Positions 20,431 through 29,439 of a stretch of DNA of 32,000 nucleotides are shown in pieces. The position numbers were made by a program, and so were the translations under genes. The stretch comes from Pyrodictium delaneyi. Lineage in GTDB: Archaea > Thermoproteota > Thermoprotei_A > Sulfolobales > Pyrodictiaceae. The stretch is taken from positions 54,931 to 86,930 of the forward strand of contig NZ_CP013011.1 in the NCBI RefSeq assembly GCF_001412615.1. Direction: 5' to 3'. The notes below the pieces were generated by a model, which searched no databases, was not told where the DNA came from, and saw only the letters and a list, made by a program, of their open reading frames with translations. The first letter of the stretch is position 1; each line of letters begins with the position of its first letter.

Positions 20431-21102
20431 GTGCTGGAGAGCCTGGTGGCCGGCACCCTCGCTTACCTCTTTTTGCGTAGGGACGTTCCCTCTACGCTCA
20501 TTCCGTATCTTGCTTCCTTCGCAGCATTCCTGGATCAAGTCACTACAGTAGCAGCTATCAGTCTAGGCGCCCACGAGACTAATCCGTTCGTGCGCCTGTT
20601 CCTCGCGAGCCCCACACTCTTCTTCGCACTCTCGGCAGCCAAGATTCTGGTAGCGTGGCACATAGCCAGGCGGAGCCCAAGACTCGGGCTCTGGCTAGCT
20701 CTAGTCTTCCTAGCAGCCGCAGCGATAAACGCCCACAACGCCTACGCGCTCTACAACAATACCTCAACCATAGAGCTTGGCGGCCACACGCTCCAGGTCT
20801 ACATAGCTGACACAGAAAGGGAGAGGGAGTGCGGCTACTACTGCTACGACCACCCGGCGATAGCCTTCATCTGGCCAGGGGGGACACCGCCGGAAGTAAC
20901 CTTCACCATGGAAGGCCTGGACTACCCGCTGCTCCTAGTCCACGTCAGGGACTGCACAGTCATAGACGTGCTGGAGATGCAGCCCGGCGAGAAGTATAGA
21001 ATAGATAATGTAGGGCCACAAGACTGGTTCATCGAGGTAAAGAACGCGAGCCTAGAGATAGAGCCTGGCGAAAATGTTTGGGGGCTAGTCTGCGAGGGCT
21101 AG
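20431..21102 (+). CDS. fusion of a 4-TM domain (HETNP motif) with a DUF192-like domain
   Basis: The N-terminal half has hydrophobic helices and AHETNPF. The C-terminal LQVYIADTERERECGY...AIAFIWPG...TFTMEGLDYPLLLVHV...VIDVLEMQPG follows the DUF192 pattern (vAdt..eR..G ... mlF.f ... fwM.n...PLd..f), recalled from memory. Confidence 0.6.
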   Translation: MLESLVAGTLAYLFLRRDVPSTLIPYLASFAAFLDQVTTVAAISLGAHETNPFVRLFLASPTLFFALSAAKILVAWHIARRSPRLGLWLALVFLAAAAINAHNAYALYNNTSTIELGGHTLQVYIADTERERECGYYCYDHPAIAFIWPGGTPPEVTFTMEGLDYPLLLVHVRDCTVIDVLEMQPGEKYRIDNVGPQDWFIEVKNASLEIEPGENVWGLVCEG

Positions 21103-21981
21103 GACTACGGCCCGGCGCGGCGGCTTCCTCTGCAACTCCCGAAACTTTTCGGGCCTCTCTAGCCCCTCTTCCAGCATCTTAAGGAGCTCGGGATAGCTCG
21201 CGTCTGCAAGCTGCCTGAGATTCTCGTAGGCCAGGTCGCCCACTTTGAGGCTCCCTAGCCTAGAGTGGTAGAACTCGCACACGTCACGGCCAAGTACACG
21301 GCGGCATACCTGGCGGTGCAGCTTTCTCAGCTTGGACGCCTCGAAGCCGAAGTCCCTGGTGAGCCGCCTCGTAAAGGTCTTGTAGCCTATGACCGTGCCC
21401 GCGTGCTCCTCTATAGCCTCTAAGAGTCTGGCCGGGAAGTAGATGTAGTCGCAGCGCTTCTTGCCACGCTTCCAGAAGAGCCCATATCTCGCCACGCCGT
21501 CGGGGAGAATCTCTAGTCTAGAGGGATCGTACTCGGCTATCATCCGGAGCACCTCGTCTATCCTGGCGCCGCTATAGTATAGTATGTAGAGTGATAGCCG
21601 CCATTCGGGCCTAACATGCTCTGCCACGTCCCTCAGGGCCGAGACTAGCTCTGCCCAGTCTATCTCCACGCGCTCCGACACCTTGCTCTCCGTCTTGCGC
21701 TTCAGCAGTGAGAGATAACGCTCCTTGGCGTCCTTGCTCAGTCTCCCAGTCTCGAAGAGAAACTGCACCAGCTTCCTGGCGGCCTTGTAGGCCTTGTCGT
21801 TGCCGAGGGCCTCTAGGGCCTTCTCCTCGTCCAGGTAGTCCAGCTTCTCCAGCGCCGAGACGTAGTCGTTCGCGGTGCGCTCCTCTATACGCTCCTTCTC
21901 TATGAGCCACCGCCTAAAGGACTGGAGCAGGCCCGAGTGCAGCGATATAACAGGCAGGCCCGATGACCCCGGCTCGACCAT
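21085..21981 (-). CDS. tyrosine recombinase, C-terminal part Int(C) of a split SSV-type integrase
   Basis: SAM-like N-domain (FRRWLIEKERIEERTANDYVSALEKL). Catalytic motif order: YYSGARIDEVLRM (Arg), FWKRGKKRCDYIYF (Lys), KLRK, FYHSR and LAY (Tyr). The frame is open upstream through the att core to 22083. Confidence 0.85.
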   Translation of the reverse strand: MVEPGSSGLPVISLHSGLLQSFRRWLIEKERIEERTANDYVSALEKLDYLDEEKALEALGNDKAYKAARKLVQFLFETGRLSKDAKERYLSLLKRKTESKVSERVEIDWAELVSALRDVAEHVRPEWRLSLYILYYSGARIDEVLRMIAEYDPSRLEILPDGVARYGLFWKRGKKRCDYIYFPARLLEAIEEHAGTVIGYKTFTRRLTRDFGFEASKLRKLHRQVCRRVLGRDVCEFYHSRLGSLKVGDLAYENLRQLADASYPELLKMLEEGLERPEKFRELQRKPPRRAVVLALAD

Positions 21982-22014
21982 GCGCCTTGCGCGATATAAC
22001 AGGTCAAGAACTTG

Positions 22015-22059
22015 CTCCGCCTTACCAGGGCGGCGCTCTGCCGGCTGAGCTACGGCGGC
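22015..22059. repeat. attR core (orphan 5' half of tRNA-Thr)
   Basis: Identical to 7776-7820. On the minus strand it is followed by non-tRNA sequence (caagttcttgacc...). Confidence 0.95.
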
Positions 22060-22202
22060 ACGCTCCAGTGGTATCGGCTCTATCTACAGCCCCAGGTAAA
22101 TCCCTTACGGCCCTATTACCGTGATATGGTTTCGCCTAGGCTGCAGTAGCAGTATTATTCTGGCAGCATCTCTGTACGCCTCCCCTGGGGTGGCTACACA
22201 GA

Positions 22203-23204
22203 ATGAGCTACACGCTGCCAAAGGCACTCGTTACAACAGTTGTCGGTAGCTACCCAAAGCTGCCGGAGGCCGAGCAAGCTATCCAGAAGAGAAAGCGTGG
22301 GCTAATAAGTGAGGAGGAGTTCCACGAGCTGGTCAAGCCGGCTATAAAGGCCGTCGTTATGGACCATATAGAGGCTGGTGTTGATGTAATAAGTGATGGT
22401 GAGCAAGCGCGCGAAGACATGGTAGTGTACTTTGCCGAGAGGCTAGGCGGCTATCAGAGTGGCGACTGGGTCCGCATCTTTGACAACGTATACTTCCGTA
22501 AGCCGGTGGTAGCCTCTAGGCTCAGCTACATAGCCCCCATGGCTGTGACAGACTGGGAGTATGCCCGGAGCGTAGCCCAGGGTAGACCAGTCAAGGCCAT
22601 AATAACTGGGCCTTACACTATGGTTGACTGGAGCTTCGACCTAGCCTACGGAGACCGTCGAGAACTAGTACTCGAGATGGCTCGCGTACTGCGTCACGAG
22701 ATAGAAGAGTTTGCACGCAGGGGTGCCGAGTTCATACAAGTAGACGAGCCAGCGCTGTCTACAAGGCCGTATAAGGAGGAGGCTGAACTCCTACGTGAAG
22801 CCCTAGAAATAATGTTCAAAGGGATAAGTGCCAAGAAGATTATACACATATGTTTTGGTAGGATAGAAAAGATACTGCCTTACGCACTAGAGTTCCCAGT
22901 AGACCAGATAGATCTAGAGTTCAAGAACAGTAACTTCCGCCTCCTGCCATACCTCAAAGAGTATGGGTTCGACAAGGAGCTAGGATACGGCGTAATAGAC
23001 GTGCATAGTACACGTATCGAGAGCGTCGAGGAGATAAAGAACGACATCTACAAGCTCATAAAGATGGATATAATACCACCAGAGAAGATATACATCGACC
23101 CAGACTGTGGCGTCAAACGACTCCCAAGAGAGATTGCCAAGGCGAAGCTACGCAATATGGTTAAGGCAGCGCGTGAGGTGCGTCGCGAGCTAGGCTACGA
23201 GTAG
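22203..23204 (+). CDS. cobalamin-independent methionine synthase catalytic-domain protein (short MetE-like)
   Basis: VVGSYPK, ISDGEQ, VDEPAL, HICFG, IDVHS and IDPDCG occur in the order of the MetE C-terminal domain. Confidence 0.7.
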   Translation: MSYTLPKALVTTVVGSYPKLPEAEQAIQKRKRGLISEEEFHELVKPAIKAVVMDHIEAGVDVISDGEQAREDMVVYFAERLGGYQSGDWVRIFDNVYFRKPVVASRLSYIAPMAVTDWEYARSVAQGRPVKAIITGPYTMVDWSFDLAYGDRRELVLEMARVLRHEIEEFARRGAEFIQVDEPALSTRPYKEEAELLREALEIMFKGISAKKIIHICFGRIEKILPYALEFPVDQIDLEFKNSNFRLLPYLKEYGFDKELGYGVIDVHSTRIESVEEIKNDIYKLIKMDIIPPEKIYIDPDCGVKRLPREIAKAKLRNMVKAAREVRRELGYE

Positions 23205-23421
23205 CCTTCTAATGAACTTAGCACTGGCGCATGGCTCCATCCACTAGTGGTGAATAGCCACAATTTCGTTGTTTTAACCCTTCTTTACTCTTTATGATTA
23301 AAGTTATGTATTTCGTATTGTGTAGTGTGTAGTACTCTAGACCTCTAACTGCTCTTACTAGCAGCCACAATCGCGATGTGATGATTAGATATAGGAAGAG
23401 GAAGTATGAGGGCAGCCATCT

Positions 23422-24648
23422 ATGGCGTCCGGCAAGCTACCTTACCCAACTAGAAGGATAAAGGAAGGAAAGGCTGAGATAATCGTTCCAGACCCTGACG
23501 CCTATCGCCGTAAAGACGGAGTATATGAGCCAGCGTGGGCGCCGGTATTTTACAATCCCAAAATGCGATTCAATCGAGATATAGCGATACTAGTTGCTAA
23601 TGCCTATCGGGAGATGATAGGTCAAGAAAGACTTGTGGTTGCCGAGCCGTTGACAGGTAGCGGTGTCCGAGCTATACGTTATGCGCTAGAAGCTGATGCG
23701 CAAGTATACGCTGCTGATATAGATCCAGATGCTGTATATTTAGCTAGGCTTAATGTGGAGGCAAATGGTGTGCAAGAGCGCGTAACCGTCGAGCGTGCTG
23801 ACGCAAATGAATACCTAGCTAAGCTGAGAAGAGAAGGAGTAAGACTCTCCATAATAGACATAGACCCGTTTGGAAGCCCAGCACCTTTTCTTGACACAGC
23901 AATACAGTCCATCAGCGTACGTGGTATAATAGCAGCTACGGCCACGGACACAGCTCCACTCTCGGGCACTCATCCACGTGCCCTACGCCGGAGATACGAT
24001 GTACAGCCAGCTCGTACTGCCTGGGAGAAGGAGCAAGCAGTAAGGCTGCTCGCTGGCTACATAATAAGAAGAGCAGCAAGCCACGAATATGGAGTTCGCA
24101 TACTTCTTGCATATTATGCAGACTATTATGTAAGAGTCTATGCTGAGCTCTGGCGAGGCGCGTCAAGAGCTGATGATAGTCTTTCTAAGCTGGGCTATGG
24201 AGTATACTGTCCATATTGTGGCTATACAGGCTATACCGATAATCCTCGTACACGGTGTCCTTACTGTGGTGGAACTGTGCAGATAGTAGGTCCGCTCTAT
24301 ACTGGTCCTTTATGCAACCAAGAGTTCATGGAGATGCTACGTTCAACCCTAGATAAGAGGGTCGGCTCACTAGCAGAACCTAAGCGTGCAGTTAAGCTAT
24401 TCGAGCAACTCAGCCTTGAGTGTACGATAACAAAGCCATACTATAGACTAGATAAGCTTTGCAGTATCCTACATATGAACATGCCGAAGCCGGACAGCAT
24501 GGTAGAAGCGCTTAGACGCAAGGGCTACAAGGCTGCCCGGACCCACTTTGATCCACGAGGATTTAGAACTAATGCACCTCATACAGAAGTACTAAATACT
24601 CTTATAGAGATGCAAGCGCGTATAGCTAGAGAGGATGATGACAACTAG
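23422..24648 (+). CDS. trm1: tRNA (guanine26-N2)-dimethyltransferase Trm1
   Basis: FYNPKMRFNRDIAILV, IDIDPFGSPAPFLD, and the zinc ribbon CPYCG...CPYCGG. Confidence 0.8.
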   Translation: MASGKLPYPTRRIKEGKAEIIVPDPDAYRRKDGVYEPAWAPVFYNPKMRFNRDIAILVANAYREMIGQERLVVAEPLTGSGVRAIRYALEADAQVYAADIDPDAVYLARLNVEANGVQERVTVERADANEYLAKLRREGVRLSIIDIDPFGSPAPFLDTAIQSISVRGIIAATATDTAPLSGTHPRALRRRYDVQPARTAWEKEQAVRLLAGYIIRRAASHEYGVRILLAYYADYYVRVYAELWRGASRADDSLSKLGYGVYCPYCGYTGYTDNPRTRCPYCGGTVQIVGPLYTGPLCNQEFMEMLRSTLDKRVGSLAEPKRAVKLFEQLSLECTITKPYYRLDKLCSILHMNMPKPDSMVEALRRKGYKAARTHFDPRGFRTNAPHTEVLNTLIEMQARIAREDDDN

Positions 24649-24703
24649 GAACGGCTATATTTTATTGCGGTTTGTGTAGGACTGTTATATGATGATGTTA
24701 ATA

Positions 24704-25237
24704 CTACATAGACATTGCTTGTTTTAGTCGTGCTATTTTGGCTGTTAGCCAGTTTGACAGTAGAGGGCATGTTGTCGGGTCAAAGAAGCCACCATTATGG
24801 CATCGCTCAAGATTCTTGCAACTAAAGCAGGGCACTTCTATGATACTGCCTATTCTTATTTCAATCTTTATGGCTTGCTTTGCATGTTTAGCTATAAAGA
24901 GCTTATAGGTCCTTCTGCCTTTATGTACTGTCGGCTCACGTGTGATAAGGCCCTTCTTGAGTAGACGGAGGGCTAGCCTAGAACCTTCTCTGCTATCTAG
25001 ACCTAGAGTTTTCCATAGCTCGTGCTGGTATATGCCCTCATCGCCATGAGCCTTGATTATCTCAAGTGCCTTGGCTTCGAGGTCTTCAAGACTTTTCCTC
25101 TCGCCAACGGAGGGCTCTATAGCAGCTGCCAAGGCTCCTAGATCCCCCACCCGTAATCGGATTCTACATTTGTAATCGTTAGTATCTCCCGGGGTAGCCG
25201 GGGTGACACCATGAATCCTAACTATGTCTGCTCTCAC
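24704..25237 (-). CDS. TFE-beta-like protein (wHTH plus 4-Cys cluster domain)
   Basis: wHTH IYQHELWKTLGLDSREGSRLALRLLKKGLITREPTVHKGRRTYKL, followed by VPCFSCKNLERCHNGGFFDPTTCPLLSNWL. The latter matches the RPC34/TFE-beta pattern PC..C.....C..GG...P..C.....WL as I recall it. The GTG start is uncertain. Confidence 0.6.
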   Translation of the reverse strand: MRADIVRIHGVTPATPGDTNDYKCRIRLRVGDLGALAAAIEPSVGERKSLEDLEAKALEIIKAHGDEGIYQHELWKTLGLDSREGSRLALRLLKKGLITREPTVHKGRRTYKLFIAKHAKQAIKIEIRIGSIIEVPCFSCKNLERCHNGGFFDPTTCPLLSNWLTAKIARLKQAMSM

Positions 25238-25633
25238 CCTATAACCTTATCCCAATCTGGGTCTACGGCCTTATCCATACCTCTCTCATTAACGCCATTA
25301 TGAGGCCGGTTCTACAAAAATGCATCTACACCTATTATGGGGCTAAATAGTGTCAAATACAAAATAGAGGCAGGCTAAGACCCGTGGATATGCAGATTCT
25401 CCTTCAATGTCGCCAGTATAGGTAGTGTGGACGCTGCCACCGGGATGGGATAGAGTAGGGTTTAGCACCAGGTCTGTCTATATGCTATCTGCTTCCTATT
25501 AGACGGGAGAGAGTAGAACGGAATCGCATAGAGTTAACGACAAAATCTAGTTAGTGTATTTAATCAATTTAATTAAAGGTTGGATCGTGTGCTGCATAGT
25601 CATGAGTGTCGTATTAGTAGAGAGGGGGTTAAC

Positions 25634-26515
25634 TTAAAGACGAACCTCTATGTAGAAGTTGTCCACTATGTCGCGGTACCTGTTGCGTATAGTGGCGTCG
25701 GTTACGCCTATAGCCTTTGCCACTGTTAGCTGGTTCCTCTTCTGGTCAAGTAGTATAGACGAGACGTAGACAGCTGCAGCTGCTAGCGCCTCTGGGGGCT
25801 TACCCTGTGCTAGGCCAGTCCTTGCGAGCATTATGGTGAACCTGGTAGCTAGCGCCTCTACTTCGCCGTTCAAGCCCAGCTTAGAGGCTATCTTTGATAC
25901 ATACATTTGGGGTTTTGGTGGGGTTGTGACGCGAACCTTGAGTCTTGTTACAATTCGGCGGTAAGCTCTCCATACGTCTTGCTCGCTTAGACCGAGAGTC
26001 TCGGCTACGTCGCGCATTGTAAGTGGGTGTCTCTCTATACGGGCTGCAACGACAGCTGCAGCTGCTAAGTACTCGTTGATGTTGTTCTTCTTCAAGACGC
26101 CGAGGCTTTGGAGTTGCCTAATAATCCGTGCCATAGTCTCTGCTACACGTGACGGAAGTTGTAGTCGTGCAGCGACACGGTTGGCCTCCTGGAGAACCTT
26201 AATGAGTTTCTTGTGTCCATGACTTCGGAGACTGGCTTGTATCGCGACAAGCTTCCTTGCGCGTATATCACTCCGAGGAGCATATATGTACGTGGTTAAC
26301 CCTTTGTCATGTACACGTGCGGTAAGCGGTGCGCCAACACGGCTCCTTCGCGTCCTATCCTCTTCGGTAAAGCTGCGCCACTCTGGACCCGAGTCTATCG
26401 GCGACTCCTCTAGCACAAAACCACATGATGTACATACGAGTCTTCCGTCACTTTGTCTACGCGCATATATGGATAGAGGGCCGCCACAGCTTGGACACTT
26501 ATCCATCATAGTCAT
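25634..26515 (-). CDS. tfb: transcription initiation factor B (TFB)
   Basis: N-terminal Zn ribbon CPSCGG...CTSCG, EWRSF and RVGAP (B-reader/linker), two cyclin-like repeats, and a C-terminal HTH VAKAIGVTDATIRNRYRDI. Confidence 0.9.
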   Translation of the reverse strand: MTMMDKCPSCGGPLSIYARRQSDGRLVCTSCGFVLEESPIDSGPEWRSFTEEDRTRRSRVGAPLTARVHDKGLTTYIYAPRSDIRARKLVAIQASLRSHGHKKLIKVLQEANRVAARLQLPSRVAETMARIIRQLQSLGVLKKNNINEYLAAAAVVAARIERHPLTMRDVAETLGLSEQDVWRAYRRIVTRLKVRVTTPPKPQMYVSKIASKLGLNGEVEALATRFTIMLARTGLAQGKPPEALAAAAVYVSSILLDQKRNQLTVAKAIGVTDATIRNRYRDIVDNFYIEVRL

Positions 26516-26931
26516 TTTGAACCCCTCCTGCCGCGCGGCCTCCCGCCACCCCCTCTACGCTCTCCACGTCTAGGCTGCTTGCCACCTCTGCTCCTTCTGC
26601 GCTTTTGCTCTCCTTGCTTTCTATCTCGGTGTTTTACTGGCTTTCTTGCACCCTTCGCAGCTCTAGCTGGCTTCCTGGCCCGTCTTCGGCGAGGACTCGG
26701 TGGTCTATAGTAGAGCTTCACTCCTTTCTCGACTCTCACTTCGCGGGATGAGGGCTTGACTACGGCATACGGAGACTTAACCGGCCCAATGATGTCTAAG
26801 AGTACTCCTACCCGGTTCATGTCTTCATCGTAAACTACTGTATTGAGGGGTGGAACTTGTTCTTCCTCGATCTTGGCAACTATGTAGCCGCTGGGAGTTG
26901 TATGGAGTACCGTGCCAAGCCTCTTCAGCAT
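26512..26931 (-). CDS. gar1: H/ACA RNP protein Gar1 with long Arg/Lys/Gly-rich tail
   Basis: Core LGTVLHTTPSGYIVAKI...VVYDEDMNRVGVLLDIIGPVKSPYAVVKP. Its stop overlaps the tfb ATG (ATGA). Confidence 0.75.
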   Translation of the reverse strand: MLKRLGTVLHTTPSGYIVAKIEEEQVPPLNTVVYDEDMNRVGVLLDIIGPVKSPYAVVKPSSREVRVEKGVKLYYRPPSPRRRRARKPARAAKGARKPVKHRDRKQGEQKRRRSRGGKQPRRGERRGGGGRPRGRRGSK

Positions 26932-27061
26932 CAGACGTGCCCTCGCTCCAGGGGTGGCGGGCGGCTCCTATTAGTTACAATGGAGTAATCAGAATAGATG
27001 CGGAAACGGGGTTAAAAGATGCAGGACTCGTAGTACCGGCTGTTCGAGGGGCAGGAGTTCT

Positions 27062-27973
27062 TTGGTTGGCAGCGTGGCTGTGATGGGTTGCGGCTCTGTA
27101 GGCTTATTCATTGCGGCTAGTATAGCCTCGGCGGGGTACCGGCCAAAATTACTCTGTCTGAGTTCGGACGATGCCTCCCTCCTGGTACAACGAGAGATAC
27201 GAGTATACCATGGTGGTGGCGAGGCCCGGGCTAAAGTATCAGTGGCGCACGTCACAGCAGCTAGAGGCGAGTACAGCTACATAGTACTAGCATCAAGGTT
27301 GAATAATGCTGAGGAGGCGTTGAGTGCTGCCAAAAGGCTACTCTCGCCCAACGGGGGTGTACTTGTTGTACAGCCGTCGCCGTTCATTCTAGAGCTCGGC
27401 GAAAAGCTTGGTGTCAGGATCGTAGGCGTATTAGGCCTATATACATGTATCAGAAGGATAGGCATTGATGCGGTTGAGTGGCCAGGAGCAGGCGTTCTAC
27501 GTATAGCGCTAGCGGACCCCAATGCAGCAATGGTAACAGCTGCTATCCGGGCTCCAGGTCTACGTATGGAGCACCGAGGCAGCTCTCTTAGAGAACTACT
27601 CTGGGACTACTGTATCGTGGCCTCAGCTATTCAGCCCGTCTCAGCCATACTAGGCCTCCCCTACTCGAAGCTCTGGAGACTTCGACATGCACGTGAGCTG
27701 GCAACACTAGTAGCTAGCGAGGCTGAGCGAGTAGCCGAGAAGGCTGGTGTAAAGCTTTGGAGGAGTGCTAGCGAAGCCCTAGAGGAGGCTGCGGGCATTA
27801 AGGGGTGTATGCCAAGGATGCTACAAGATGTTAATGAGCGTAGAGAGACAGAGGCCGACTACATACTCGGATACCTCCTACGGCAGGCAATAAGGCTAGA
27901 CGTATATACGCCCTACATAGACTCCATCTACCTAACAATCAAGGCTATTGAGGAGAGTATGATAACAGCCTAG
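27062..27973 (+). CDS. ketopantoate reductase-like (ApbA/PanE family) oxidoreductase
   Basis: Rossmann motif VAVMGCGSVGLF, plus a C-terminal MLQDVNERRETEADYILGYLL like the family motif S.LQD...R.TE.D...G. The start is TTG 27062 or GTG 27074. Confidence 0.65.
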   Translation: MVGSVAVMGCGSVGLFIAASIASAGYRPKLLCLSSDDASLLVQREIRVYHGGGEARAKVSVAHVTAARGEYSYIVLASRLNNAEEALSAAKRLLSPNGGVLVVQPSPFILELGEKLGVRIVGVLGLYTCIRRIGIDAVEWPGAGVLRIALADPNAAMVTAAIRAPGLRMEHRGSSLRELLWDYCIVASAIQPVSAILGLPYSKLWRLRHARELATLVASEAERVAEKAGVKLWRSASEALEEAAGIKGCMPRMLQDVNERRETEADYILGYLLRQAIRLDVYTPYIDSIYLTIKAIEESMITA

Positions 27974-28019
27974 TGGTGCACCTAGCGCTCAATGTGAATA
28001 TGTGTAGCGGTGTGCAGTA

Positions 28020-29360
28020 ATGGCTATAAAGCTTGGCAAAAAGCACGTAAAGGCGTTTATAGAGGTTCTCGAGGAATCTGAGAGGATAAAGCCCTTCCAA
28101 GTAGTAAAGAGGAGAGTATTCAGCAAGTATGGCGTACTTGGAACGCGCTACGATACGATATTCACCGCTCTGCTCTATAAGATATACCGTATGCAAGGCA
28201 TCCTAGACAAGATAGCAGAAGAGCGGCTCAGACTCAACCTCTCTAGGCTTCCCGTTGCACTCCGCCAATCTACAAGACTAGCGGTAGTGCTAGCCGTATT
28301 CGATGACGTGGGCGATATAGAGTTCAACAGAGCACTCATAGGTGGTATTGTACGCTTACTAGAGGCTCGGTTTGGGGAAAAAGCGGGGATCGTAGTAGAC
28401 CTTTACAAGAGCCTCGAGAAGGAGCCCTGGAGGCCACGAAGCAGGATAGAAGAGCTTGAGCTACGATACTTGCTTCCAGGCTTATTGATAAAGAGGCTTG
28501 AGAAACTGCTTGATCGCGGAGAACTAGAGTTATTCGCAAAAGCTGTTAACACGCGGAGGCCTATCCTAGGGTTCCGTGTAAACAGGCTAAAGGCTAGCGT
28601 CAAGGTAGTTCTACGCGTGCTTGAAGAGATGGGTGTAGAAGCCTGGGAGAGCACAAGAGTGCCCTGGCATATACGGTACCGTGGTCAGCTAGACTACAAC
28701 CGGTTTAAGCCGCTGCTCCGCGGCGAAGTAGTGCCACAAGATGAGGCGAGTGCGGCTGCAGGCGAGCTGCTGGGCGCTAGGCCGGGAGAACTCGTTGTTG
28801 ATATGTGTGCGGCGCCGGGCGGAAAGACTACACATCTAGCGGAAATAGCATCCAATAGAGCCACTATAATGGCTCTAGACGTGTTTAGCGATCGGATGGA
28901 AAGGCTCATAGAGCTGGCCAGGAAAACGGGAACAATAGCCTCCATAGTACCCGTTATCGGGGATGCGCGTAGGATTTCGACGTTTCTACGCCTGCATGCT
29001 AACCGTGTACTCCTCGACCCACCATGTACGAGCACAGGTGCGCTAGCTAAGCATCCAGAAGCTCGCTGGAGACTGACAGAAGAGGCAATAAAGAAGCAAG
29101 TGGAGAGACAGCGTGCTATGTTAGTTGAGGCGATTGAGATCCTGAAGCCTGGCGGGCTTCTACTCTATACCGTGTGTAGTGTTCTCCCCGAGGAGGGCGA
29201 GTACAATATACAATGGATCCTGGAGAATAGAAAAGATGTTGAGCTAGTGCCGCTCCAGGGTCCTTACGACGAGTCCCCGCTGCTACCCGGCACTATGAGG
29301 GCCTGGCCGCACCGGCATGATACAACTGGCTTCTTCTACGCTCTACTCCGTAAACGTTAG
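28020..29360 (+). CDS. NOL1/NOP2/Sun-family RNA m5C methyltransferase
   Basis: DMCAAPGGKT (SAM motif I), LLDPPCTSTG (motif IV Pro-Cys) and LLYTVCSVLPEE (motif VI Thr-Cys). Confidence 0.8.
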   Translation: MAIKLGKKHVKAFIEVLEESERIKPFQVVKRRVFSKYGVLGTRYDTIFTALLYKIYRMQGILDKIAEERLRLNLSRLPVALRQSTRLAVVLAVFDDVGDIEFNRALIGGIVRLLEARFGEKAGIVVDLYKSLEKEPWRPRSRIEELELRYLLPGLLIKRLEKLLDRGELELFAKAVNTRRPILGFRVNRLKASVKVVLRVLEEMGVEAWESTRVPWHIRYRGQLDYNRFKPLLRGEVVPQDEASAAAGELLGARPGELVVDMCAAPGGKTTHLAEIASNRATIMALDVFSDRMERLIELARKTGTIASIVPVIGDARRISTFLRLHANRVLLDPPCTSTGALAKHPEARWRLTEEAIKKQVERQRAMLVEAIEILKPGGLLLYTVCSVLPEEGEYNIQWILENRKDVELVPLQGPYDESPLLPGTMRAWPHRHDTTGFFYALLRKR

Positions 29361-29439
29361 CCAACCTGCCCTCCCGGGGCACTGTAAGCACGTATATCCC
29401 CGGCGCTGGATCATGCTATATTGCAGGGTATAGAGAGGG

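Larger units (their letters stand above)
7776..22059. mobile_element. integrated virus-like element (provirus), unit length 14,239 bp
   Basis: Perfect 45-bp direct repeats lie at both ends, one inside the intact tRNA-Thr and one an orphan tRNA 5' half. The integrase is split across the ends. G+C is markedly higher than in the flanks by spot counts. The gene content is regulators, membrane/secreted proteins and an NTPase only. Confidence 0.9.

Noticed and set aside
21085-21981. My first reading was an intact pNOB8-type integrase lying next to att.
   Set aside because: The frame is open upstream through the att core and joins exactly in frame with the ORF at 8039-7821. A partitioned SSV-type gene explains both ORFs better.
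23378-23384. A C-box-like GTGATGA upstream of trm1, and paired CTGA motifs at about 7131 and 7150 in the 324-bp gap after 6961, considered as box C/D sRNA candidates.
   Set aside because: No matching D box lies downstream of the first, and no C box lies upstream of the second within the expected 50-70 nt. No terminal stem is visible either.
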